DNA of 64,000 bases from Candidatus Omnitrophota bacterium. Its GTDB lineage: Bacteria; Omnitrophota; Gorgyraeia; Zapsychrales; JANLHA01. The DNA is taken from positions 31,760-95,759 of the forward strand of contig JAHFFT010000002.1 of the NCBI GenBank assembly GCA_023247795.1. The letters are read 5' to 3'. Below are positions 49,451 to 58,132 of the stretch, in pieces (the stretch's first letter is position 1; each line of letters starts with the position of its first letter). A model generated the notes under the pieces. That model had not been told where the DNA came from and made no database searches. It saw only the letters and a list, made by a program, of their open reading frames with translations. The translations under genes and the position numbers were made by a program.

Positions 49451-50099
49451 CGCCAACATTGATCAAGTCATCGAACGGTTGCGCAAGGCGTTGAAAGGCC
49501 TGCCGGATCCTTCGGTCACCTTGGTTGGTAAACGCTGGCAGAGTCCTTTTTTGGTCTTGATCTCTTGCATCATGAGTTTGCGCACGAAAGATGAAACAAC
49601 ACTACCGGCGGCCGAACGTTTGTTCGCGGTGGCTGATACGCCGGCCGCGATGCTAAAGATATCGACGGAGAAATTGGAAAGATTGATTTATCCAGTGGGT
49701 TTTTATAAAACCAAGGCCAGGACGATCAAAGGGATTTGTCGCGACGTTTTAGAAAAATTTGACGGAAAAATTCCGAATGACTTGGATACTTTGCTTTTGA
49801 TGAAAGGGGTCGGGCGCAAGACCGCGAATTTGGTTTTGACCGAAGGTTTTTGGATTCCGGCGATGTGTGTCGACACGCACGTTCATCGGATCTCTAATCG
49901 TTTTGGTTATGTTAAAACTAAAAATCCGGAAGAAACAGAATTTGCTTTGCGAAATCAGTTGCCTAAAAAATATTGGATGCGGTATAACGCGCAGCTTGTC
50001 ACGTGGGGACAGAATATCTGCCGGCCGATTTCGCCGTTTTGTTCACGCTGCCCCATCACGCGTTTTTGCGGCCGGGTCGGGGTCATGGCGACCCGATAA
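49440..50099 (+). CDS. nth: Endonuclease III
   Basis: HhH motif GVGRKTANLV, VDTHVHR, 4Fe-4S motif CRPISPFCSRCPITRFC. Confidence 0.93.
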   Translation: MVDNANIDQVIERLRKALKGLPDPSVTLVGKRWQSPFLVLISCIMSLRTKDETTLPAAERLFAVADTPAAMLKISTEKLERLIYPVGFYKTKARTIKGICRDVLEKFDGKIPNDLDTLLLMKGVGRKTANLVLTEGFWIPAMCVDTHVHRISNRFGYVKTKNPEETEFALRNQLPKKYWMRYNAQLVTWGQNICRPISPFCSRCPITRFCGRVGVMATR

Positions 50100-50158
50100 C
50101 AGGAAGTCTTTCATCCATTACTTTTTGAGAGGATGAGCATTTTTTACATTATTTATGA

Positions 50159-50187
50159 TTGTTTTTTTATTTAAATGTGGATAGAAT
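50159..50187 (+). promoter_or_regulatory. Putative sigma70 promoter of the ATP-grasp/kamA operon
   Basis: TTGTTT-17 nt-TAGAAT upstream of an AAGGAG RBS. Confidence 0.45.
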
Positions 50188-50212
50188 GATCAACAAGGAG
50201 TCAACTTAAGCA

Positions 50213-51244
50213 ATGAAAATCGGATTTACTTATAACAGCAAAACGGACTGGGTGCTTTCTGCAAACGATCCGCTTGACGCTAACGCCGAACTTGATAAGC
50301 CAAAGACCATTGAGTCAATCATCAAGGCCTTTGAATGGGGCGGCCATCAGGTGAAGCGCATCGGCAACGTCGATAATTTATTAGCACAGCTTGATGATCT
50401 TGATGTGGACATTGTTTTCAATATTTGCGAAGGTTTCCGCGGTCGTAATCGTGAGTCGCAAGTCCCGATCCTTTTAGAGATGCGCGGGATCCCTTTTGTT
50501 GGTTCCGATGCCTTGACCTTGGGCATTACTTTGGACAAGGCCGTCGCTAAAAAATGTTTTATCGCCGATGGTTTGCCCACACCCTCCTTTGCCCTGATGC
50601 ATAAACTGAGCGATTGCGACGCGATCGGTCATTTGCGTTTCCCGTTGATTGTTAAAACTTGTCATGAGGGAACATCCAAGGGATTGACCGACCAATCGCG
50701 GGTGGAAACCGCGGAACGGTTGAGGCAGCAAGTTGAATACATCATTCGAACGTATCGTCAACCGGCCTTGGTGGAAGAATTCATTTCAGGGACGGAATTT
50801 ACTGTTCCGGTTTTAGGCAATGATCAGCCGCAGGCCATGCCAGTGGCCCAGGTGTGCATGGATGGTAGCACGGATTTGGGAGATAAATTTTATACCTTCG
50901 CGCGCGTCTGTTCGCCCAATTTGCGATACGTGTGCCCGGCGAAACTTTCGCGAGAAGCGGCCAAAGAAATTCAGAATCTGGCGGTGCGGGCTTACCAGTC
51001 CGTCGGTTGCCGGGATTTTGGCCGGATCGATTTTCGAGTTGACCGTCAGGGCCAACCGTACATTTTAGAAATCAATCCCTTGCCCTCGTTGGATGGCGAG
51101 GATGTTTTTAATATTTTCCCAAAGCTCTTGGGTTCATCATATAACGCAGTGCTTAATCAAATCATCGATTTTGCTTGCCAACGTTATGGTTTAAAATCGT
51201 CAGAAAAAGCAACGGCGATATCCCATCCGCAGGAAAGGAGATAA
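50213..51244 (+). CDS. D-Ala-D-Ala-ligase-like ATP-grasp ligase (non-canonical)
   Basis: FNICEG, EGTSKG, EEFISGTEF, RIDFR, LEINPLP; lacks the Ddl N-terminal GGxSxE motif. Confidence 0.85.
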   Translation: MKIGFTYNSKTDWVLSANDPLDANAELDKPKTIESIIKAFEWGGHQVKRIGNVDNLLAQLDDLDVDIVFNICEGFRGRNRESQVPILLEMRGIPFVGSDALTLGITLDKAVAKKCFIADGLPTPSFALMHKLSDCDAIGHLRFPLIVKTCHEGTSKGLTDQSRVETAERLRQQVEYIIRTYRQPALVEEFISGTEFTVPVLGNDQPQAMPVAQVCMDGSTDLGDKFYTFARVCSPNLRYVCPAKLSREAAKEIQNLAVRAYQSVGCRDFGRIDFRVDRQGQPYILEINPLPSLDGEDVFNIFPKLLGSSYNAVLNQIIDFACQRYGLKSSEKATAISHPQERR

Positions 51245-52435
51245 ATGAATCCCGTCGATACGTTAAGTTTGCCTTTAACTGAGCACAAGATCGTTAAGGC
51301 GAAGCCAAAGATCAAACTTACTCCGTCGGAAAAACGCGTTTTAAAGTATTTTCCTGATGCCACGGAAATCGATTGGGAAGACTGGCGCTGGCAGCTGCGG
51401 CATCGGATTAAGACCAAAGATGTGATCGCGCAGATGATGTCATTGACTCCTCAGGAAGAACGCGGCATCGGCGGAGCAGGCGGGAAACTCACGATGTCCA
51501 TTCCACCGTATTTCGCCAGCCTCATCGATCCTGAGGATCCGCAATGTGTCATTCGTTTGCAATCCGTGCCCCTGGACAATGAGTTGGAAGTGGCTCCCGA
51601 GGAGATGAAAGATCCGTGCGGCGAGGATAAGAACTCACCGGTCCACGGATTGGTTCATCGTTATCCTGACCGGGTATTGTTTCTGGTCAACGAAATGTGT
51701 GCGATGTATTGCCGGTATTGCACACGTTCGCGGATGGTGGGCGATGGGAAGCGAACATTGAGCACCACCACGTATGAAGCGGCTTTTGATTATATCCGTT
51801 CGCATCGGGAAATCCGTGATGTCTTGATTTCGGGCGGCGATCCTTTGACGCTTGCTGACAGTCTTTTGGAATACATCATTAAAAATTTGAAGGCCATCAA
51901 ACATGTCGAGTTTGTTCGGATTGGTTCGCGCATTCCGGTCACGCTCCCGCAGCGGGTCACTTCGGAGTTGGTGGCGATGCTCAAAAAATATTCGCCGATC
52001 TGGATGAGCATCCATTTCAATCATGCCAAAGAAATCACCGAACGGGTGAAATACGCCTGCAATCTCATCGCCGACCACGGCATCCCGATGGGCAGCCAGA
52101 CCGTGCTTTTAAAAGGGATCAATGATGATCCAGCGACGATGAAGCAGCTCATGCACGAACTTTTGAAAATCCGCGTTCGGCCCTATTACATTTATCAGTG
52201 CGATCCGATCCTTGGATCAAGGCATTTTCGCACCCCCATCAGCGTCGGGATTAACATCATGAAAAATTTGCGCGGTTTCACCACTGGTTACGCGGTCCCG
52301 ACGTTTGTGATCGACGCCCCGGGAGGCGGAGGCAAGGTCCCTTTGAGTCCCAATTACATTGTTTCGCAGGATGACGACAAAGTCGTTTTGAAGAATTTCG
52401 CCGGGGACGAGTATACGTATTACAATCCAGACTGA
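51245..52435 (+). CDS. kamA: Lysine 2,3-aminomutase (KamA-family radical SAM/PLP enzyme)
   Basis: HRYPDRVL, CAMYCRYC, SGGDPL, YYIYQCD, DAPGGGGK (PLP Lys). Confidence 0.9.
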   Translation: MNPVDTLSLPLTEHKIVKAKPKIKLTPSEKRVLKYFPDATEIDWEDWRWQLRHRIKTKDVIAQMMSLTPQEERGIGGAGGKLTMSIPPYFASLIDPEDPQCVIRLQSVPLDNELEVAPEEMKDPCGEDKNSPVHGLVHRYPDRVLFLVNEMCAMYCRYCTRSRMVGDGKRTLSTTTYEAAFDYIRSHREIRDVLISGGDPLTLADSLLEYIIKNLKAIKHVEFVRIGSRIPVTLPQRVTSELVAMLKKYSPIWMSIHFNHAKEITERVKYACNLIADHGIPMGSQTVLLKGINDDPATMKQLMHELLKIRVRPYYIYQCDPILGSRHFRTPISVGINIMKNLRGFTTGYAVPTFVIDAPGGGGKVPLSPNYIVSQDDDKVVLKNFAGDEYTYYNPD

Positions 52436-52487
52436 ATTCCCTTTGATCAGCCCATTTCCGAACGGAATGTGACCGAAATATAGAGTT

Positions 52488-52790
52488 ATGAAGAAGATTG
52501 AAGCCATTGTCCGTAAAGAAAAGTTTGAGGAAGTTTGCCAGGCTTTGGAAAATTCGGGAATTGGCGGCGTGACGGTGACCGAAGCCAAGGGTTTCGGCAA
52601 CCATCGCAACGGGCTCAAACCGAAGATGAAGATCGAGATTTACGTTGATGAATTTCAGATCGAGCGGATTGTCGATGTGATCCGTCGGACCGCGAAGACC
52701 GGGACCACTGGCGATGGAAAGATTGCGGTTTTAGATTTAGAAAAACTTTATAAAATCCGCACGGGGGAAGAAGGGGCCGCGGCGATCTGA
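52488..52790 (+). CDS. PII-family signal transduction protein with a shortened T-loop
   Basis: MKKIEAIV, GVTVTEAKGFG, PKMKIEI, TGDGKI, IRTGE; 100 aa. Confidence 0.9.
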   Translation: MKKIEAIVRKEKFEEVCQALENSGIGGVTVTEAKGFGNHRNGLKPKMKIEIYVDEFQIERIVDVIRRTAKTGTTGDGKIAVLDLEKLYKIRTGEEGAAAI

Positions 52791-52853
52791 AATGCGGGTC
52801 GCCTCTTCTCAAACCATTTGGGCCGTGGTTGTCCAAGCGATGCTTTCTCATGC

Positions 52854-52882
52854 TTGACTTACAATGGCGAAGAGCGTAATAT
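52854..52882 (+). promoter_or_regulatory. Sigma70 promoter for rpsU
   Basis: TTGACT-17 nt-TAATAT. Confidence 0.65.
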
Positions 52883-52932
52883 AGGTTCTCTTAAGCCCCA
52901 TTCAATTTAAGGAAGGTTGGTGAGATCATTCT

Positions 52933-53094
52933 ATGGTAGAAGTCAAAATTACTGATAAACATGGTTTTGAAAAGGCCATGCGCATTTTTAAAAAGCAGTG
53001 TCAGAAAGAGGGCTTTTTAGTTGAATTGAAAGAACGACGTTACTATTCAAAGCCATCCGAGCGCAAACGACGCACCGGCAGCAAAAGAAGCTGA
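52933..53094 (+). CDS. rpsU: 30S ribosomal protein S21 (not in the supplied ORF track)
   Basis: MVEVKITDKHGFEKAMRIFKKQCQKEGFLVELKERRYYSKPSERKRR; S21 signature RxYxKPSE. Confidence 0.92.
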   Translation: MVEVKITDKHGFEKAMRIFKKQCQKEGFLVELKERRYYSKPSERKRRTGSKRS

Positions 53095-53155
53095 TCGTCG
53101 TTTCCAGATTTTCAAATAACACCCTGTTGGATTCCACAAGAACCTAGTATCTTTG

Positions 53156-53680
53156 ATGGAAAAACCTCGTCGAAAGATTGCCATCCTTGTTGAAGACCTT
53201 TATCAGGTCTTGGAGGTGTGGTATCCGCTTTTGCGTCTGCAAGAGGCCGGGATCGAGGTTACGACCATCGGCACCGGCAATAAGAGCACGTATGGCAGCA
53301 AAGAAGGTTACCCCATCACCGTCGATACCTCTATTCAAAAAGCGAAGGTAACGGATTTTGATGGTGTCATCATCCCCGGAGGCTACGCCCCAGATATTTT
53401 GCGGCGCTACGACGAGGTGGTGGCTTTTGTCAAACGACTTTATCTTGACGGACGGGTCGTCGCCGCGATTTGTCACGGCGGCTGGCTTTTGGTTTCCGCC
53501 GGTATCATCAAGGACCAGCAAGTGACTTGCTTTTATGCCATCAAAGATGATTTGATCGCCGCTGGCGGTCATTATGTTGACCGCGAAGTCGTTGTTGATC
53601 AGAACCTCATCACGTCCCGTAAACCTGAGGATTTGCCGCGGTTCGTTCAAGAGATCATCAAACTCATCGAGAGAAGCTGA
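53156..53680 (+). CDS. PfpI/DJ-1 family protein
   Basis: LEVWYP, IIPGG, AICHG, ITSRKPEDL. Confidence 0.92.
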   Translation: MEKPRRKIAILVEDLYQVLEVWYPLLRLQEAGIEVTTIGTGNKSTYGSKEGYPITVDTSIQKAKVTDFDGVIIPGGYAPDILRRYDEVVAFVKRLYLDGRVVAAICHGGWLLVSAGIIKDQQVTCFYAIKDDLIAAGGHYVDREVVVDQNLITSRKPEDLPRFVQEIIKLIERS

Positions 53681-53695
53681 TCAAGATAGGTCTTT

Positions 53696-55255
53696 ATGAT
53701 TAAAGTCAAACGAGCGCTTTTGAGTGTTTCGGACAAAACCGGTTTGGCCGATTTTGCCAAAGGCCTTCATGCCTTAGGGATCGAGATGCTTTCGACCGGA
53801 GGAACCGCCCAGAGTTTGAGGGCGGCCGGACTTTCCGTCAAAGACGTTTCTGAATATACTGGATCGGCCGAAATCCTCGACGGCCGTGTGAAAACTCTGC
53901 ACCCGAAGATTTATGCTGGCCTGTTGGCTCGACGAGATGATGCTGGACATCTTCAGCAATTGGAAGAAGGGAATATCCTGTTGATCGACTTAGTCGTCGT
54001 GAACCTTTATCCGTTCGCGAAGGTGATCCAGAAAAAAAATGTGAGCTTGGATGAGGCGGTGGAGAATATTGACATTGGTGGGCCGTCGCTGCTGCGGGCG
54101 GCCGCGAAGAATTACCGCAGTGTCGCCGCGGTCTGCAATCCGCAAAAATACGCGGACATCCTTAAAGAATTGGAACATAACAGCGGGCTGTTATCCGACG
54201 CGGTGTTATTGAATTTGGCAATGGAGGCCTTTGAACACACGGCACAGTATGATCAAATGATTTTCAGTTATTTCCAATCGTTGATGACTGGGAGCGATGG
54301 GTTTTCTTCTTTGCCAAAGGAGCTATTTCTCAAATACCAAAAAGTCCAAGATTTGCGTTATGGTGAAAATCCCCATCAGGCCGGGGCTTTTTATCGCAAC
54401 CAGGGCCGTGATGGGGGATTGCCGCTGATTCAGCAACGGCATGGAAAAGAGTTGTCTTTCAATAATTTGTTGGATTTGAATGCCGCTTTAGCGGTCGTCA
54501 ATGATTTTGCGCAGCCGGCAGCGGTCGTGATCAAACATAGTAACCCGACGGGTGTCGCGGTGGGGGACACACTCAAATCGGCCTTCAAGGACGCGTTGAG
54601 CTGTGATAAAATTTCCGCCTTTGGCGGGATCATTGGTCTCAATCAAACGGTCGATCGGGAAACGGCGGAAGCGATTTCGGCCAGTGGTTTTATGGAAAGT
54701 GTCGTGGCCCCGGGGTATCAAGAAACCGCCTTCAAAATTTTAGCCAAAAAGAAAAACTTGCGCATTATGCAGATCAAGCTGGACGCGTTTTCTGTCAATA
54801 AGTTTGACTTCAAACTCGTCGAGGGTGGGTTGCTTCTTCAAGAAGCGGACCGAAATCTTTTAAACATGAATGATGTGAAGATTGTCACCTCGCGCAAGCT
54901 AACAAAAATACAGGAAGAAAGCATTCAGTTCGGATGGAAGGTTGTCAGGCATGTCCGGTCCAACGCGGTCATTCTGGTGAAGGGTCGAAAGACCGTTGGG
55001 ATTGGCTGCGGACAGACGAGTCGCATCGAAAGCACACAAGCCGCCCTGCAAAAGGCCGGAAAGCGGGCTGCTGGTGCCCTCATGATTTCCGACGCTTTTT
55101 TGCCCAAGGTCGATAATGTCACTGTCGCGGCAAAGGCTGGGGTCAAAATCATTGTCCAGACCGGCGGGTCGATCGTCGACGAGAAAGTCATCCGCGCTGC
55201 CGAGAAAGCCAAGATCGTCATGATGATGACCGGTGTTCGACATTTCAAGCATTGA
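53696..55255 (+). CDS. purH: Bifunctional AICAR transformylase/IMP cyclohydrolase
   Basis: ALLSVSDKTG, STGGT, GRVKTLHP, NIDIGGP, LRYGENPHQ, TGVRHFKH. Confidence 0.97.
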   Translation: MIKVKRALLSVSDKTGLADFAKGLHALGIEMLSTGGTAQSLRAAGLSVKDVSEYTGSAEILDGRVKTLHPKIYAGLLARRDDAGHLQQLEEGNILLIDLVVVNLYPFAKVIQKKNVSLDEAVENIDIGGPSLLRAAAKNYRSVAAVCNPQKYADILKELEHNSGLLSDAVLLNLAMEAFEHTAQYDQMIFSYFQSLMTGSDGFSSLPKELFLKYQKVQDLRYGENPHQAGAFYRNQGRDGGLPLIQQRHGKELSFNNLLDLNAALAVVNDFAQPAAVVIKHSNPTGVAVGDTLKSAFKDALSCDKISAFGGIIGLNQTVDRETAEAISASGFMESVVAPGYQETAFKILAKKKNLRIMQIKLDAFSVNKFDFKLVEGGLLLQEADRNLLNMNDVKIVTSRKLTKIQEESIQFGWKVVRHVRSNAVILVKGRKTVGIGCGQTSRIESTQAALQKAGKRAAGALMISDAFLPKVDNVTVAAKAGVKIIVQTGGSIVDEKVIRAAEKAKIVMMMTGVRHFKH

Positions 55256-55263
55256 TTCCGCCG

Positions 55264-56664
55264 ATGTTGTACACTCAAGCCCAATCCTACCTCAATTCTT
55301 TTATCAATTACGAGCGCAATCTTGCTGAGTTAAAGCAGGCGAATATTAAGCTCGACCGGATGCAGCGGCTGATGGAGCAGTTGTCCGATCCTCAGCGAAA
55401 ACTCCGTTGTCTGCACGTGGCTGGCACTAAGGGCAAGGGCTCAACCTGTCACTTCATAGCTTTTCTTTTAAGGGCGGCGGGGTTTCGGGTAGGGCTTTAT
55501 ACCTCTCCGCATTTGCATGATGTCCGAGAACGGATACGGATCCTACAACCGAACAGCAGTCCCGCGGATCCGCATACGGTGGAAGGATGCATTTCATCGG
55601 AGGCGTTTGATCAGTGTCTGCGTCAGGAACTTTATCCTCATTTGGAAAATTGGCGTGAGACCGAATTGGGAACACTGAGTTATTTTGAAGTGTTAACCGC
55701 ATTGGCTTTTTATTATTTTTATCAGCAGCGGGTCGATTTTGCGGTTTTTGAGACGGGGTTGGGTGGACGACTTGACGCGACAAACGTGGTCCACGCCGAG
55801 GTTTGTGGTATTACGCCCATTGGTTTAGAGCACACCGAGCAGCTGGGCGACACCTTGGGCGCGATTGCTCAAGAAAAAGCAGCGATCATCAAGGACTCAA
55901 CACAAAGGGTCGTGATCGCCCCACAAGCTCAAGAAGCGTTGAGTGTCATTCAGGGCCAATGTGATCAAGTGGGGGCAAAATATTGTACTGTGGGAGAAGA
56001 CATTCGGTTTTTGATCAACCCTTCGGCGAAATCAGAAAATTCTTTTTCTTTTTTTCAGGGGGAACAACAATATTTTGATTTGACCATTCCGCTCGCCGGT
56101 GAACATCAGGTCTTGAACGCCGTGACGGCGCTGGGGATGATTCAGGCCTTGAATTTGAATGATCAAGGTCTTCGTTCCGAGAGTATTCAAGAAGGTCTTC
56201 GGCAGACGTTCATTGCCGGACGGTTCGAACAGCTTTTTATCGACGGGCAAGAGGTGGTCCTTGATTGCGCCCACACCCCGGAATCGATACAGATGCTATT
56301 AAAAACTTTTGAAAGTCTTTACGGTCGAACCCCGGGAATTTTTTTGTTAGGGTTTTCCAAAGATAAAAGGATCGAGGCGATGTGTCGGTTGATTGCCCCA
56401 TTTGCAAAAAGGGTCATTTGGACAAAAGCGGCTCATCCCCGCGCCGCGCATTTACCGATGGAACAGCTTAAAAGTTTTTTTCAAGGGAGCATTGTTCAGC
56501 TCGCCGAAAATTCAGAACAGGCCCTTGCCCAGGCTTTTTCAAATTGCGGCAGGGATGATCGGATCGTTGTTACCGGATCCATGTATTTGGTCGGAGAGGT
56601 TCGAGAGAAAATTCTTACAAGTTGCAAGTCTCAAGTCTCAAGTCTCAAGAAAAAAAATGCTTGA
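55264..56664 (+). CDS. folC: Folylpolyglutamate synthase/dihydrofolate synthase
   Basis: HVAGTKGKGS, YTSPHL, ETGLGGRLDATN, LDCAH, VTGSMYLVG. Confidence 0.94.
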   Translation: MLYTQAQSYLNSFINYERNLAELKQANIKLDRMQRLMEQLSDPQRKLRCLHVAGTKGKGSTCHFIAFLLRAAGFRVGLYTSPHLHDVRERIRILQPNSSPADPHTVEGCISSEAFDQCLRQELYPHLENWRETELGTLSYFEVLTALAFYYFYQQRVDFAVFETGLGGRLDATNVVHAEVCGITPIGLEHTEQLGDTLGAIAQEKAAIIKDSTQRVVIAPQAQEALSVIQGQCDQVGAKYCTVGEDIRFLINPSAKSENSFSFFQGEQQYFDLTIPLAGEHQVLNAVTALGMIQALNLNDQGLRSESIQEGLRQTFIAGRFEQLFIDGQEVVLDCAHTPESIQMLLKTFESLYGRTPGIFLLGFSKDKRIEAMCRLIAPFAKRVIWTKAAHPRAAHLPMEQLKSFFQGSIVQLAENSEQALAQAFSNCGRDDRIVVTGSMYLVGEVREKILTSCKSQVSSLKKKNA

Positions 56665-56714
56665 GACTTGCAGCTTGTAACACTTGTGACTTGCAACTTG
56701 AGACTTGCGACTTA
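56615..56714. repeat. Inverted heptamer-period repeat element (copy 5, the longest; overlaps the folC 3' end)
   Basis: TTACAAG TTGCAAG (TCTCAAG)x3 - AAAAAAATG - CTTGAGA CTTGCAG CTTGTAA CA CTTGTGA CTTGCAA CTTGAGA CTTGCGA. Confidence 0.88.
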
Positions 56715-56716
56715 CT

Positions 56717-58132
56717 ATGTATCAATACCAAGGAATGGAAGATACAATTGCCGCCATTGCGACGGCCACGGGGCCCAGTGGTATCGGGATCGTGCGGATG
56801 AGCGGGAACAAAGCGCTCGCTATTGCCGACGCGGTTTTTAAACCGGCCCGGGACGCTGCTCCCAAACCCTCGGTCTGCAAAACGCATACTGTCCACTACG
56901 GAAACATTGTTGAGCGGCAGAAGACACGTGTTGGAGAGATCATCGATGAGGTTTTATTGACCGTGCTGCGCGCGCCACGGACCTACACCGGCGAGGATAT
57001 CATCGAAATCAATTGTCACGGCGGACGGGTTGTTTTACAAAATGTTTTGGCACTTCTGTTAAGAAAAGGAGCTCGTCTCGCGGAGCCGGGAGAATTTACC
57101 AAACGCGCGTTTTTAAACGGCCGCATGGATTTGACTCAGGCCGAGGCGGTTTTAGACATGATCCACGCGAAGACGAGTGCTTTGTTGAGAGTGACGGCAC
57201 AGCAATTGAAAGGAGCGTTGGCCTTGGAGTTGGAAAGCATCCGTGAAGATTTGATGAATGTCTATATTGAGTTGGAGGCCGTGGTTAATTTTCCGGAAGA
57301 TGATGTGGACAGTCAAACGCAGAAAAAATTTTTCAAATCAATCAAAGGGGCTTTGGAGCGGGTTAACCATTTGCTGAAATCTAGTCGCAAAGGCCGCCTA
57401 TTAAGGGAAGGGATCCGCATTGTGTTGTGCGGAAAACCCAACGTTGGAAAATCCTCGCTTTTGAATGCCTTGCTCAAACAACCGCGAGCCATTGTCAGTG
57501 ACGTGGCTGGAACGACCCGCGATACCATTGAGGAAACAGCGCAGATCCAAGGGATCCCGATCCAATTGGTCGACACCGCCGGGATCCTCACCCCTCGGGA
57601 TTTCATTGAAGAAGAAGCTGTCAAACGGAGTCGTTTGAGCATGAAGTCGGCGGATTTGGTTTTGTTGATATTGGACAACAGCCAGGAGCTGTCCACGGAA
57701 GATTTTCAGATCATGGAGAACATCAAAGACCAGGCGTTGTTTGTTGTTTTGAATAAATCGGATCTTAAGAAACGGCTGGCCGGGGCAGAATTGAAAAAGC
57801 GGTTGCCGGACAAAAAGTGTTTGAAGGTCTCCGTTTTAAAAGCAAAAGGGATCCAAGAATTGGAAGACGCGATATGTCAGCATGCCCTTCAAGGGGAGGC
57901 CTTTGAGCATGGGGAAGGGTTGCTGCTCACAAATTTGCGGCATATCCAGACCTTAGAGCAGTGCCGGGAAAAATTGCAAAGGGCGTGCGGGCATTTGCAG
58001 AAAAAATTGTCGATTGAGTTTGTTTCCGACGACGTTAAACTGGCTGTGAATGATTTGGACAGTGTCACCGGTCGCAATATCGACCAAGATCTGTTAGACC
58101 GTATTTTTTCTCATTTTTGCATCGGTAAATAG
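56717..58132 (+). CDS. mnmE: tRNA modification GTPase MnmE
   Basis: DTIAAIAT, EPGEFTKRAFLNG, GKPNVGKSS, GTTRD, DTAG, C-terminal FCIGK. Confidence 0.97.
   Translation: MYQYQGMEDTIAAIATATGPSGIGIVRMSGNKALAIADAVFKPARDAAPKPSVCKTHTVHYGNIVERQKTRVGEIIDEVLLTVLRAPRTYTGEDIIEINCHGGRVVLQNVLALLLRKGARLAEPGEFTKRAFLNGRMDLTQAEAVLDMIHAKTSALLRVTAQQLKGALALELESIREDLMNVYIELEAVVNFPEDDVDSQTQKKFFKSIKGALERVNHLLKSSRKGRLLREGIRIVLCGKPNVGKSSLLNALLKQPRAIVSDVAGTTRDTIEETAQIQGIPIQLVDTAGILTPRDFIEEEAVKRSRLSMKSADLVLLILDNSQELSTEDFQIMENIKDQALFVVLNKSDLKKRLAGAELKKRLPDKKCLKVSVLKAKGIQELEDAICQHALQGEAFEHGEGLLLTNLRHIQTLEQCREKLQRACGHLQKKLSIEFVSDDVKLAVNDLDSVTGRNIDQDLLDRIFSHFCIGK

Noticed and set aside
50213-51244. Housekeeping ddl
   Set aside because: Lacks the N-terminal GGxSxE motif, is not in a dcw cluster, and is coupled to kamA.
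51245-52435. EpmB (EF-P beta-lysylation) or glutamate 2,3-aminomutase
   Set aside because: No efp or epmA nearby. The PGGGGK motif and two substrate Asp residues match lysine-specific KamA.
58111-58132. Functional significance of the 22-nt convergent overlap between mnmE and the CvpA-like gene
   Set aside because: Short convergent overlaps are common, and nothing else supports a regulatory role.
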